Part shown: piece after piece, positions 12,957 to 25,807 of the stretch
How the letters are laid out: each line of letters opens with the position of its first letter
Numbering within the stretch: position 1 is the stretch's first letter
Source of the DNA: Syncephalis fuscata S228
Taxonomy: Eukaryota > Fungi > Zoopagomycota
Length of the DNA stretch: 64,000 nt
Assembly: GCA_025786725.1 (NCBI GenBank)
Contig: JAHLTZ010000007.1
Coordinates: 758,625 to 822,624, forward strand
Direction of reading: 5' to 3'
Program-made: the position numbers and the translations under genes
Notes under the pieces: generated by a model
What the model was told of the DNA's origin: nothing
The model's database searches: none
Seen by the model: only the letters and a program-made list of their open reading frames with translations

Positions 12957-14741
12957 TTACAGTTGTAGACATTGATGGTTATTTTGATGGATTGTTATCG
13001 ATTGGTAGCACGATATGTTTACGCCAATCGGCCACTTTTACCCGGCAATATACACAGCAAGTAATAATGATTTTGATGGCTCGCTTTTTAACGTTGGCAG
13101 TCAAAGCAACTCTTTTCACTTATTCAGACAAAAATTAAATAAAAAATCGAAAGAAACCGAAAGAAACTGAGTTACAGTGACTGTGTGGATGGATTCCAAA
13201 TACGTATGCAATTTGTGCACGTGTTCAGTCTTGATAAGATAGCGACTATTTATAATTACTGAATTTAGTAACTGTTTAAACGCCATGGTACTCAATAATG
13301 CCGGTTGTTTTTATACCCATGTTGTTACCAGCTTATAGTTGCTTATTTTTACTATACCATACATATTACAAATAGTATAGTGTGTTTACTATGTTTTATT
13401 TATTTACAACCATTGGTATATCGCAAAGTATTAAATTAAATATAGTAGGAAAGCACATTTGTTTATTGCTGTTTTCCATCCATATTCAGCTATACTGTTA
13501 AGTCTGAATAGCAATGGCATATGGAATATGTTGGTCTAGCAACTTATTGTAACAATTTGGTGGTATTGATTGTATATATAGCGATGCTTATCATTGTTAT
13601 ATATTCATTATACGGTAATAAACAGCGTGTTGATATAACATCGATTTTATTGTTAAATGCCACACTAGGCAATTATTTCAGCGCCAAAAATCAATCATAT
13701 TAGAATGCTATAGAAAAATCTATATCTTGCTCACGGTCCGCCGAGACATTCCGTAAAACAGATTGTGGACCAGATGGTTATCGACGTGTGTATTCCCAAA
13801 ATATTATAATAAAAGGACTGTAGAGGATAGAAGCTGTCCAAAAAAGGAATGAAAAATAGCAAAGAGTACTTGAGATGGCATTGTTGCTATCTTATCTAGC
13901 ATTGCAAATCTTAAGCAACATCAGCCTTTTACTTTTAATAGTTTTATCGTGCATGAAGATGTGCTAAAACATAATTTGTTCAAGTGATTGTATTAATGGT
14001 TTTATCATAGTTTTATTGACTCAAATGAGTTAACATATATAAAAAGTAAACAGATACAAATAAAGATAAACCAATTATTTATTTTGTACATTATAAATCA
14101 TTATTGAAAATTGATGTCATTGTATGAGGTATAATCATAACTTAGTATGCTGAAAACAATAAAAAAAGCAGCAGTCACTAAACATATATGTGCTTCAAAT
14201 CACGTGGTAATTTGATAGTGTTATATTTAGCAGTTTGAATAATGTTATGTGCTGCCATAAATGTAAATACGACCGATTTAATTGAACAGTAAAGCATTTA
14301 TTACGACGTAATACCTCGCAATTCAAAATCACACTGCTTATTAGATGTAAACAAAAGTGTAAAGCTTTAATAAATTACATAATTAGGTAAATAAACTCAA
14401 ATGTTGGTACTTGTGATAAAAAAGGACTAACATGCAATAGACATATGGCAATGTTGTTGTTGGTATGAGCAAGCAGCACGTGCATTAACTGGTTTCTATA
14501 CAAGCGCATGACAGCAATTGCAGCATGTAGACTTGTGTATTTCCAGTTAGGAAGTGCCCATATGGTTTACTCCATTGTTATTCAACTGTTGTACATGCTC
14601 ACTTTACTCGATTATTCCCCATTTCCTCGTTTTCCATTAATTAAGCAGTGTTCGTATATTATACAGTAATATTTCGTTTTTATGTGTTTTTATTATTTCA
14701 TCCAACAGCCTTAATATTGTACTGAAGATAACTATTAGATT

Positions 14742-16121
14742 ATGAACAATACAAAGCCTTTGTCGAATGTGGTGTGTATCACAACTGTTAGCGGATATGA
14801 GTGCGGCGATAGACAAGTGTTGTACAACTTGGACGTTGCAATATTTTGCTTTGCGCTGATCACTTTCTTATTGGCCGTTGCAATCATCTTATACCGCTGG
14901 TATCACGGCTTGTTTACGTCTATTTTTCGACGCATTGACGACTACTGGATGCCAAAGCCAGTCGATATACTGCTCTTAGGATGGTGCGTCGAAAAGCTAC
15001 TGCGTACTTGCTCTTACTTTCTTCAAGTTATTCACGCGCCCGCCAATACGCTAGCCCAGCAAATACCATATCTGATTGCCACAAGTTTATTACGCTTAGC
15101 GATGGTACAGTTTGTAGTAGGCATCATCACTTATATACCGGCGATGTTTATCTGTCGGCCACGAAGCAGTAAAGCCGTAAACTATGTGCTTCAAGTAGCA
15201 AGCAACGGACAAAGCACCGTAACTCAATCTGGTTACACGTTGCACGTTCCTTCTACACGTGCTCTTTATTGGATTAATGTGATATATTCCATGCTGTGGA
15301 TCTTATTTACTTTGATGATTGGCATAGAAATTACTGTGTTCCAAGTACGAGATGACCAAGAATCGGCCAAGCATGCCAATAGCATTTTGACCAGTGCGTC
15401 AAATTTCAACTTTTGTGTTATTCTACTGGTCAGTTGCTATTATTGCTATGGCTTCTATCGAATTATGCGAACGCATGCAGATCAGTCCATAAATTCGTCC
15501 AAACTGAAGAGAGGAGAGACGACGGCAGCACGCAATTTCCGAAATATTTTTTTGGGCATTCTCTCCTTACCTTTGGTCAGCTTAATCCTTGCCATTGTCC
15601 AATACGCAGAACGCAGCGCATCTCGTGGCACGACCTCAGTGCTCATATTTAATATGGTGTCGCGACATATTATTATCTATAGTGTTATAGAATGGGTGGT
15701 ATTCTTTTTCATTTTCCGTAATTCCCAAAATCAGGCACGACGTAAGAATGCTGATACTAAGCTTTCGGAAATGGAGTCGTCGACAAAGAATAACCAAAAA
15801 GGCTGCTATAGTCCCGGAACGACCCAGCACAGTCGTACTAACCAGGGTCAGTCGGCGACCTATGGAAATAATCATACTCGTGATGGCGGGTTGGTATGGC
15901 AAAGTTTCGGAGGCAGTTCGTCGTCCAATTCTAATTGCCAATCTCCACAAGGCTCGTATCACCCGCTAGTTGTAGATGTGTCTCCATTAACACCAACATA
16001 CGACAGTCAGAGTGAAGAACTCAGTCCACAAACACCTAATTATCGCGAAAACACAGTAGGCGGTATTCACTCCCATCCTCTATACAAGCCCATAGATCAA
16101 TTGCCATCTCCAAGATTTTAA
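14742..16121 (+). CDS. Intronless seven-transmembrane, GPCR-like membrane protein
   Basis: 459 aa ORF with seven hydrophobic segments, an N-terminal Cys pair and a long Ser/Thr/Pro-rich C-terminal tail. Confidence 0.75.
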   Translation: MNNTKPLSNVVCITTVSGYECGDRQVLYNLDVAIFCFALITFLLAVAIILYRWYHGLFTSIFRRIDDYWMPKPVDILLLGWCVEKLLRTCSYFLQVIHAPANTLAQQIPYLIATSLLRLAMVQFVVGIITYIPAMFICRPRSSKAVNYVLQVASNGQSTVTQSGYTLHVPSTRALYWINVIYSMLWILFTLMIGIEITVFQVRDDQESAKHANSILTSASNFNFCVILLVSCYYCYGFYRIMRTHADQSINSSKLKRGETTAARNFRNIFLGILSLPLVSLILAIVQYAERSASRGTTSVLIFNMVSRHIIIYSVIEWVVFFFIFRNSQNQARRKNADTKLSEMESSTKNNQKGCYSPGTTQHSRTNQGQSATYGNNHTRDGGLVWQSFGGSSSSNSNCQSPQGSYHPLVVDVSPLTPTYDSQSEELSPQTPNYRENTVGGIHSHPLYKPIDQLPSPRF

Positions 16122-16339
16122 TAGAAGCAACTAAAATCAGTAGTTTGTCCATAAATATTATTTTAATTAGCATCAATATTCATTATAAATGATCGTTGTA
16201 TATTTTTACTATTCCAATGATTTGCTGTTATATTTAATACATTTTTTTTATTTTATTAGCTTGTAAAACAATGTTATGCTTTTTAATAAAGTGTTTAATA
16301 TAGCTTGCGCTACTCTAGTCAATTTGTCACGTATTGGTT

Positions 16340-16737
16340 TTGTAAATAATTTTATGAACATTGTGTCTATTTATTTGCTGCTCTTGTACTGAACGAGTTA
16401 CTTATGGTGGCATTTGAAATTAATACTTGGTAAGTAGCTATGCGCTTCTATCAATGGTATACTAACAGTTATTTAGGCATCGATATATGATCTATGCTGA
16501 AGTTGCCACATTGGGCATTTACATTGGTTCGATGTCATTCTTAGATGTTGATTTTGGTAAGTGTGACTATAATGGTATTAGTGCAAGCTTAACATTTGAT
16601 TAGATATGAGGTTTATTCTTACATGGGCATTTGTCTGGCGTGTACTGGTAATCACTGCCGTAAGCAGTCTGCCTCTATTTGTTATTAAGCGAGCACGTCG
16701 TATGTTAGCACCACCCAGCTATGCCAAACTGACCTAA
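16340..16737 (+). pseudogene. NEO1: Orphan 3' fragment of a NEO1/ATP9 P4-ATPase flippase (last three exons, two introns)
   Basis: Spliced translation NIVSI[fs]FAALVLNELLMVAFEINTWHRYMIYAE..FD..FILTWAFVWRVLVITAVSSLPLFVIK..PPSYAKLT* matches the Neo1/ATP9 C-terminus. There is no room for the upstream ~1000 codons because the previous gene ends at 16121. Confidence 0.85.
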
Positions 16738-17486
16738 ACTTTAAATAAACTATCATTATATCTGTGATTGTTAGTTATATGGCGCTTTTAATTGTAATTA
16801 TTTATTTATTTAAACAATATATAAAAGCTGTTATTTATATTTAGCTTGATGCAATGTTGTTTATAACTGTGTTGAATGATAGGATGCAGGTTGGACAGAA
16901 ATGTGTAAATAGTTTTAGTCCAAAGGCCAGTCCATTTGTTGTTTGACATACAATGTAAATCAATAAGGCCTTTGGTTTAGGTATTTAGCGACACCATTGA
17001 TTTAGTGAGACAATTTAGTGATTTGCCAAATAATATTGCTGCTTTTTAAATAGATGTACAAACTAGTTTAATTGTGTGGAAACGACCCATATGTTAATAG
17101 AATAAAGTGCTTATTACACATTTGACTATCCATAACAATTTACACATTAAGTACATAAATATACAACTAGAACATGCTACAATAGTCGAGTGAAATACTG
17201 TATCAAATACTTATGTACAATTTTTGCAACAAATATAGATAATGGTGCAAATGACGTTCATCATGGCCAAATTTGTACATAGCTAGTGTATGAGCGGCTT
17301 TGTTCTAATTGTGTCGGCCATTTGCATATTGTGTAACAACATGTTTGGCAATAATATAGGCCATAATAAACAATATTAAATAGCAAGCATGTGATGCATT
17401 CTTTCTTCTCTAGCATTCCTTTGCACTTTCAATTTATCTTTATTGCATTTCAGCATATCTATATTTCAGCATATCTATATTTCAAC

Positions 17487-19010
17487 ATGCGTCAAATGAT
17501 ATATCCTCAACATGAGCCAATGCGACTAGTTGTAGCACGGTTCATTATGATATTTCTTATAGTAAGCGGCATTTTGACATATTTCGGAATCCAGGTTAAA
17601 AAAGTTGCTGATGGCGGAACTATACATCGTTCATATGAAAATTATCACTGTAAAATGCCTGCATTGTTATTTACCGGCCCTGATGTGTTATTGAGGAAAC
17701 CATTAATATTGCAAACTCAATCGCAGAAAATGCGACTAGAATATCAAGGAACGACCTTTCTTTTAACGTTAAAGAACTTATGTGGGGAGAAGATATAAAA
17801 AATCTCCATTTACTAATTTATGTCTCTTACAGAGATATCTAACGCGACTAAAGTATTTGGATTTTACCCTGATGAAAATTGGGCTATTACTCCTCACGGT
17901 AGACAAAAGGCTAGTGGCATACGATCTGTTATAACTAGCTTTTCTTCGCTTACTATTGTCTTCACAAATCCCACTGCAACGCTCAATGGCAGACACCACT
18001 GAGCCTATGATCTATATATTAAATGAATCACATTACGATGATTTAAAAAACGCTCGAAAAAACAGACAACCACTAGACATTGGCATGTTAAGCAAGGCAC
18101 TTAGTCTTCCTTTATATTGGGATACAAAAACAAATATCAACATTCTTCAATCTTTTAAGAAAACAGGTTTTAAAGAAACGGCGCAGTATAGTATTCGTCT
18201 TGATTCAACAGATATGGCATTACAATCTAGAATCTTAGTTGATTTAAATGTTATGAATGAGCCTTACAGCGACGAAAACTTTATTATTAACGTACATGAA
18301 TCCGTAAAATTATATACATGGCTTGATATTGTTAGTCCTGTTGGTGGAGCTCTGACTATTGCATTATATATATTTACATTTTTATTTGGACAAAAACGAC
18401 TGCGTCCATGGGGAATCGTACAGCGATTTATGTTACAAAATCGAATTCTTAGTAAAGTTCCTCGTGCTGTGGCAGTAATCGGGTCGGCATGGAGTACGCC
18501 TAAACAAAATTCTTTGGGACATGATTCCGCTATTGAACACGAGGAAAGTGAAATCCCACATGATTCCAGTGCTCATACAGTGCCAACATTAGTTAGCCAG
18601 CAAAGAAGTGTTAATACAACAATACAGTTTGCTCAAGAACCAACAATTTATCGAAATCCCAACATTGGATCACAGGCACGGTTTTGAATGAATTGCAGCA
18701 GCTTAAACAGCAAATAAATCAAATAGAGACAGCAATGATGCTAGGAAACAATCAGTCTGCACAAGAACAAAGCAATACACATCTTGCACCTCCTAATAAT
18801 AATGGTGCACAGGCACGTGATGGTAGCTCAATAGCCGACAACAGGGCATCAAACTACAATATTTTTACCGACGTACGAATCAATGATTTGGAGGCCTTTC
18901 GTCAGCGCGTTGAATCATTCTACTTGGCATCCGACTTGTTTGAGGTGCAAGGAGGACCGAAAGCAAACAAGCGCAGCACCATGCAAATACTTACCAATCT
19001 CAATCTTTAA
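17487..19010 (+). CDS. Two-TM membrane protein with large loop (LFGxxxxxPWGxVQ family), several frameshifts
   Basis: N-terminal helix FIMIFLIVSGILTYFGI and a second helix WLDIVSPVGGALTIALYIFTFLFGQKRLRPWGIVQR; C-terminal coiled coil; four overlapping ORFs tile the gene. Confidence 0.65.
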
Positions 19011-19445
19011 CACTATGTTTATCTGCATTATAGTATATAATAAACGACATTTATTTAAGTGCCAAACAAATGAGACGCTGAATAGTGTTTGCATGCCATG
19101 TCGGTCGGTTTCAGCTTGGCAAAGGAAACGGGTGTTTGTAAACATGAAGCGTGTTTCAAACTTGTTGTGTGTCAGGCCAAACAGGGGTGCAGTATGAATT
19201 GCATGCTGTGCAACCATACAACATTGTGCGTGAACAAAGCATGTGCACCATCATCACTACAAAAGGCTGCCAACATTCGACCCATTGCCACTATTCAACA
19301 CACACACACTTTCTACTTGTTACTATCTCGTCTGTTGACCAGACTATCATATCTTCTGCCACCATTGTTTATTCGTTGATAGGCCGGCCCTATTACAAGT
19401 ATCTATTGATCTGTAACCTACTATTTCTGTGTCTAAGCTATCAAC

Positions 19446-19903
19446 ATGCGTTTCCTGGTTCTCTTCGTTTTCACCATCTTTGCTGCAGTTGTATCAGCAT
19501 TACCGGTTCCATCCAGTCCATATGGCGGTGATTATAGATCTAATATGCTGAGTGTTATAAACAATGATCGTGAAGCTCATAATTTAAGCCCAGCTACTTT
19601 ATCAAACTGCTTAAATGCTGTTGCAGCACAGCACAGCCAACAACTTCTAAAAAACTCAGGAGCACCAGAATTTTTAACTAAGCAATCATTAAATGAAGAT
19701 ACCGATTTAAGTTGTAAACATTCCCTTGGTGAAATAGTTTTGGTAGATTTACAATTAAATACTAATGAACTTGGGACCATGCAATCTTGGATGTCAAAAA
19801 TTTATTAAATTCACTTCTAACTAGTGAAAGTGCGCAAGTTGGTTTTGGAATGGACGAGAATGTCGCAGGCGATCGCTATTGGACAGTAGCTTTTACCAAC
19901 TAA
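19446..19903 (+). CDS. Small secreted CAP/SCP-domain protein, frameshift in an A-run near 19800
   Basis: Signal peptide, then MLSVINNDREAHNLSPATLSNCLNAVAAQHS..GEIV..MQSWMS, continuing in another frame as LLTSESAQVGFGMD..RYWTVAFTN*. Confidence 0.75.
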
Positions 19904-20439
19904 ATAAAGATTATTTATCAGTGATATATGCGTTATTTATAAACATTCAAAACATTTAATTAGTGTTTCTTTAATAGATAATCAGTTTTAATAACTAAAA
20001 TTTTAATTAGATATATTATTTTTTTACTTTTACAATATATCATTGATAAAACATTTGTTGTAAAATTCATAATTATAGAAAATGACTACTAATCAAAGTA
20101 TTGCTATGATACAAGTATAAATAGCATAAATATTTAAGTATTTATAAAGTCATTGTGATGCTGATATTATGGCTGATCATATCACAGCACAAAATAACAG
20201 TTTTACACAAACATTAATATTTAGTTTTATTTTTGATATTGTCAATTGCTTAGTTTATGGCTTAAATTTCTTAATCTCTAGCCAGCCTAACACTAAAATA
20301 CATTTGCATTAGATTGTCATTATTAAATTCTATTTATTATATACAACAATTTAATCTAACAAGTTTACTATTTAATTCATTGTTTAATAACAACATATAC
20401 ATACTTTTATTAATTAATAATTTGCACACAAATATATGG

Positions 20440-23400
20440 CTACATATTATTGCCATTATTGCTAGCAACATCAGCCTCATCAACAGACGCAGTAGCCATG
20501 GCCATTAAGGTATCCAATTCCCCAGCTTGCTGACAAAGATTTCGAAGTATGCTGTTAGTCTGCCGAATTAATGTTGCTGGCGCATCGAATTCCATCAAAC
20601 ACCCAGTATCTGTGTAGTTATTTTTCGTTGTTATTAACACTAGTTTAGCATTGTTTACTGATGGCTTACCTAGTACCATAACGCGATCATAGCCCAACAC
20701 ATTATTTACACTGCTGGATATGTATAAACGAGTAACTTGAATAAATTCTTCACGAACAATAGCCTGAAGCTTGGCCTCTGTGTCGCTATCATCTAAATCG
20801 GCACTTTCTTCGATAATAAGGATCTAAAACAAAGTATGTAAGGCTAACAATAAAATATATGTAACTGCTTACTTTATCCTCGCGCAATAACGCCCTGGCT
20901 ACAGTAAGTAATTTCCGCTGTTGATAGCTGAGATTTTCACCATTATGCGTCACTGGTGCATCTAAATGTTCCAGTCCCTCGGGACGGATAGCGCCAGCAT
21001 CGCTACCAATAAGGCGGCAACGACGCAATGCATTCCAGATGGTTGCATCGTCATGATGCCAGTATGGGTCAAGATTGCTTCGAATTGTGCCGCTAAACAG
21101 CACAGGATCTCGCGGAATAATTGATAGTCTTGAGCGAAGATCTTCCAAAGGTACTCGGCTAATATCAATATTGTCAATTAAAATACGCCCTTCGGCTATC
21201 TCCATGAACCGGAATAAAGCCATAGCAATAGCAGACTTTCCTGCACCTATAAAGTCAAAGTCAATCATTGCACTAGTTTGAATGTGGCTAATCTACCTGA
21301 TTCTCCTATAATACCAATACGTTCGCCAGGTTGAATAGATACCCATATTTTACTAAGAACTCTACGGTAATTGGTATCATTGGTGGATAGATTTTGAAAC
21401 TCGATGCTACCATGTTCTGGCCACTAATGCATATAAACAATAAGGATGATGGATTTATCAATGTCTTTAAATTGGCTTACCTCTGGACTGGGAATAATAG
21501 TCTCGAGCGTGATATCCGCCCATTCTTGTTCGAGATACATAGGATCTGTCACGCTTTTTAGGCTTTGCATAGCATTATCAACCTTGGTGCAGTACTGAAT
21601 GGTCAGCTAAAATAAAACATGTTAGTAATGTGCATACGGTTTCTATTATTGTTATTAACATACACCAGCAGAGGTCGCCAAACCAATCACATAGGTTAGA
21701 ATAAATCCAAAAAGACTAGGGTCAGCCTTAGTACCGGACAATAGCAGCATAAAAGTGACAATTAAAGTACAGACCGCGGCAATCCACTCGATACGACACG
21801 TAATCCATTGCGCCGAGGCTGTCAAAAAGTAAAACTGTCGGTGCACATCGTCAATGCGAGCAATCGATTCTGTTAGAAACCAATTCTGCATTCCAGATGC
21901 TCTGATGGTGGGGAGACCGCTATGTGTGTTTATATTAAAGTTTAATAAAATCGTGTTTTTTTACGTATCACTTACCTGAATATATCAGAGGAAAATGTAA
22001 AAAAAGCAAATTTTGTTTCTGGCTCAAGTTGCTTAAAGCTATGTAGTGTTTTGATAAAGTAGCATGCCAGATAAATACACAGAATCACTAATCACAGGTA
22101 TGTTAATTTTGAGTAGTTTGTTTTATAAATCATACACACCTGCCAAGCCGGCAATCATGGTGAATCGAGGTAGAACAGCGCAAATCACAATGAGATGTGC
22201 CAGTATACCCATTATACTGTATAGGAAAAAGGCCAAATCAGCTGGTAGTTCCTGGTCAACCACTAGCATATTTTTGCCAAACCGGTGAATGATATTAGCG
22301 ATTGGCAGAGTATTCAGGCTATGTGCAGCAGTTTTCAGTATATAATCAACTAGCTGCATGTATGTTTGTTGACTTGACCGAATTGAAGAGAAATAAATTA
22401 ATAATGGTGGCAATCCTATCAAGGCAACAGCACTCAGCGATAATGCAGCATAATTTCCAAAGTAAAATAGTTGTTGGCTAGCTGACACATGTTTTCCGGC
22501 CCATATACGCAACCAATAGCTTTGCAAAAAACTGACAAGTTGATAGAATATAAACGCTGCAAATACAAAGCACCACCAAAGTGGACTGCCACCTGAACTA
22601 AGAAACTTGCGAAGTAAACTTAAGACAGATGTGGGACGATAGCCCACATAGTGATTAGATGATGTTTCCATATTATTGGTGTCTTCAGCGACATCTAATG
22701 GTCGTGGATGTCGGCCAGTTAGCGATGCATGGTCCATTATTGTACTATTGGATCTAATTCGCATTACTTCAGCAATTGGCTCCAGTTTACGAACAAATTT
22801 ACGAGATGGCAAGTTGCGCGATGTATTGGGAATAGTGGAGCTGGCCGTTGCCGATGAATGGATATCTAGCAGAGCCGCCAAATTCCCAGTGCCTATGACA
22901 CGGCCTTCCCCAATAAAACTGAAAAAGCTGCGACATTTACGTATGGCTCTGCGTGACGTGTGGCCAAAATACGTGTACGTCCGTACATCAATGGACCAAA
23001 TAGACACTTGTCAACAATATACTCGGTGGTTTCATCATCGATCTCAGTAAAACATTCATCTAGCAAAATGTGATGGGCTGGGCCGTAGATAGCTCGCGCA
23101 AAGCAATACGCTGTTTTAAACTATCAGTCAAGCTTGCATCATTTGATTGAATCCATGTATTGTCGCCGTCGGGCAGTCGGGAAATATCGTTCGCAAGAAC
23201 ACAAGCTCGTAGTGTCTGTTGATATCTGATCTCATCGTATGCTTGACCAAATAAAATGTTTTCTCGAATTGTTGTATCTTGTAGCCAAGTTTGCTGTGCA
23301 ACATAGGCTACAGTAGTTCCAATTGAATTGTCGCCACGCAAAGTGCTTTGGTAGTTGGGCAGAAAAACACGTCCTTTAATACGTGGCATTTCTATTTTAA

Positions 23401-25807
23401 ATAGTTAGCATTTTAAAAGGGCAAGTTACACTAGTAGTAGCAATATCAACTTACCGCCCAAAAGCGCCAACAGCATAGAAGATTTACCGCTGGCGGCAGA
23501 GCCTGTGATAACATTAAAGTCACCAATACGGAAGTGGAAGTTTAAATTTGATAATAGGAAATTGGATACTCGTTGAGGACGCTGTCGACCTCGATTTGGG
23601 ATAAATGACTGATGTTGTGGCTCCCAAGTAAAATCAGCATGTATAAATCCAATAGGCTCGTCTGAGTCAGCTGTACTATCGTTTTTAATAGGCGATTCAG
23701 GTAGGTTAAGATAGCTATTGATGTTGTAATAGCTAGCCTGAGACTGAATCTGCCAAAACAAAACAAATGGCAATTGCAGCACAGCAACTCGTAGCAGTTC
23801 AAACACCGACAAAACCGTAAACGCAATTTGCGCGGTTAAAGGTCGAGAAAACACAATGGTATGCATGCCCAATGCAACGCACGTAACAAGCAAGGGCCCG
23901 CCGTCCAGTGCCATGGTAAGTAGCGTGTAGAGAATATGTCGTCGCCACAAGTGTTTTAGTTCCCGCGTACGCGCCCTTATGATTCGTGCACAAATATGAG
24001 CTTCCCAGGCCAAATATTTTATAACACGGATGGAATAAAGTGTCTAATATAAGGATTAATACAAATATAACTTGAAAATGACGAGTTTTCTTACTTCGAC
24101 TATAATAGTAAGACAGTTTTCTGTTGTACTTAAAAGACGTTCAAATACGTGTGTTGTTGTTTTTGTGACAAAATTTGAAATACCAAAAAAGAATAGCATG
24201 GTAGCGAGGCCGGCCAAAGTAGATACGTCGATTAATTGCCATAAGAAAATAATTGCTATTATAATTTGAAGGAGGCTGCCTACAAAGAGATGTAAACAGC
24301 CAAAAGCTTCGCTGACATTTCGCGCATCAACACTAAGTAGATTGTTGACCATATCGACACTCCAGCCCGTAGTTGAATATTGGTGCTGATTTTTACTTGT
24401 ACCATTGGTATGGATATATGATTTATCATTTCTCAAAGCAGCTTCGTTAATCAGTTGAAGTCGTAGGCTTTTCTCGATTATCTGATGTGATATAATTGCT
24501 TTACTGCGAATTAACAAATGCTGTCCAATAAAATTTCCATGTTGTAGACAAAAGTTGGTGCCTAACATACCCAGGAACAATCCTAGTGCGTATAGGCTTG
24601 GGATTAAAACAAGATTTTGGGTGCTATATTGTTCAAGATGGCCAGTAGTAGAAATAGAAATAGAGGAACCGAGTACATTTTAATACTCCAAGCAATCGCG
24701 TATACCATTTGGTAAAAGATATCCTGACGATTAACAGCAATTAAGCTGGCAAACATAGATAATTTTCTACCAATAGATTTGTCAGTAATCATTATATCTT
24801 GTAATAAGCCTTACTTTTTTGATTTATAGGATCTAGTTGCCTCCTCCGCTTGAAGGTTTTTTGGAAGCTCCCATAAATCTGACGCTTTTAATGCTCGGCA
24901 GAATCCCGCCTCCATCAATGGCGTTAACCATCCAAATGTCAGCCATTCAAATGGCGATGCCGACACTTCAAGTGATTCCACTCGGCCATTTGCTGCAGAT
25001 TCAACCGTCTTACGAGACAATAGAGCGCCAAGCATGGTTATGTGCACTCCGACAGTGGCGATAATAAGCATTATCGGCGTGGCATAATAATAGTGCTTGT
25101 GGTGTAGATAATGAATATCAACAATGTTTAAGACAAAAGAGAAATATCCTATAATAATTAAATACATTTGGTGTCTACTAATGTACTGCTTAGTACTATT
25201 TCCTCTACTCCATGCAGTAGCGGCAGCTAGTAATGTAATATATGTCTAAAGAAATTATAGAAACCATTAAACTGTCTATCAGTACCACTTACCCAACTTA
25301 TAAATTCAATCAAAAACAATTGTCCGATTCGATAGGATGTTTTTGGCTGCGAATAATATCTAGATCGCCAGATTATACATCCTTCCGCTGACCATACTAT
25401 GCAACTGCCTATAAACTTTAAAAGATAAGCAATTGCATTTTGCTTTTTCATTCTATTTCGGATTAGATCGGATGCATCTAGAATACGCCGGATAGTATAA
25501 TTATCTAGCCGATTCGATGACTGTACTGAAAGATGTGCTTGCTTATTAGTGGTACACCATTCGTCGGTAGTGTCTCTCGTATAGCCATTCAGTTTATGGC
25601 ATGGACCCTCATCCGGGTCAATCACTGGTACAATAGGTGAATAGACATGGTGACCATTTAGACAGCTGTAAAACCACCTTGCACCTAAATACACTGCCGA
25701 TAGTATCACCGCTAAAAGCTGAATATATCTACCAGTGTGTCTGTAAAATGATTCACCGATTAAAAATATGCTTTTTATTGAATAGTCTCTTACACAATGT
25801 CCCACAT
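20440..25807 (-). CDS. ABCC/MRP-family (Ybt1/Bpt1-like) ABC transporter with degenerate NBD motifs, multi-exon
   Basis: Lasso motif ASPFEWLTFGWLTPLM..DLWEL, two TMDs, NBD1 GSAASGKSS..VAYVAQQTWLQDTTIRENILFG and NBD2 GAGKSAIAMALFRF..DLRSRLSIIPRDPVLFSGTIRSNLDP. Confidence 0.9.

Noticed and set aside
13730-13800. GC-richer island translating as DCGPDGYRRV, reminiscent of Tc1/Tc3 transposase DGPDG
   Set aside because: Match is too short, with no flanking SDE motif or TIRs; left unexplained.
16300-16320. tagc-ttgc-gcta..CTAG as a Helitron 3' end before the NEO1 fragment
   Set aside because: Only a 4-bp stem with the wrong spacing; expected by chance.
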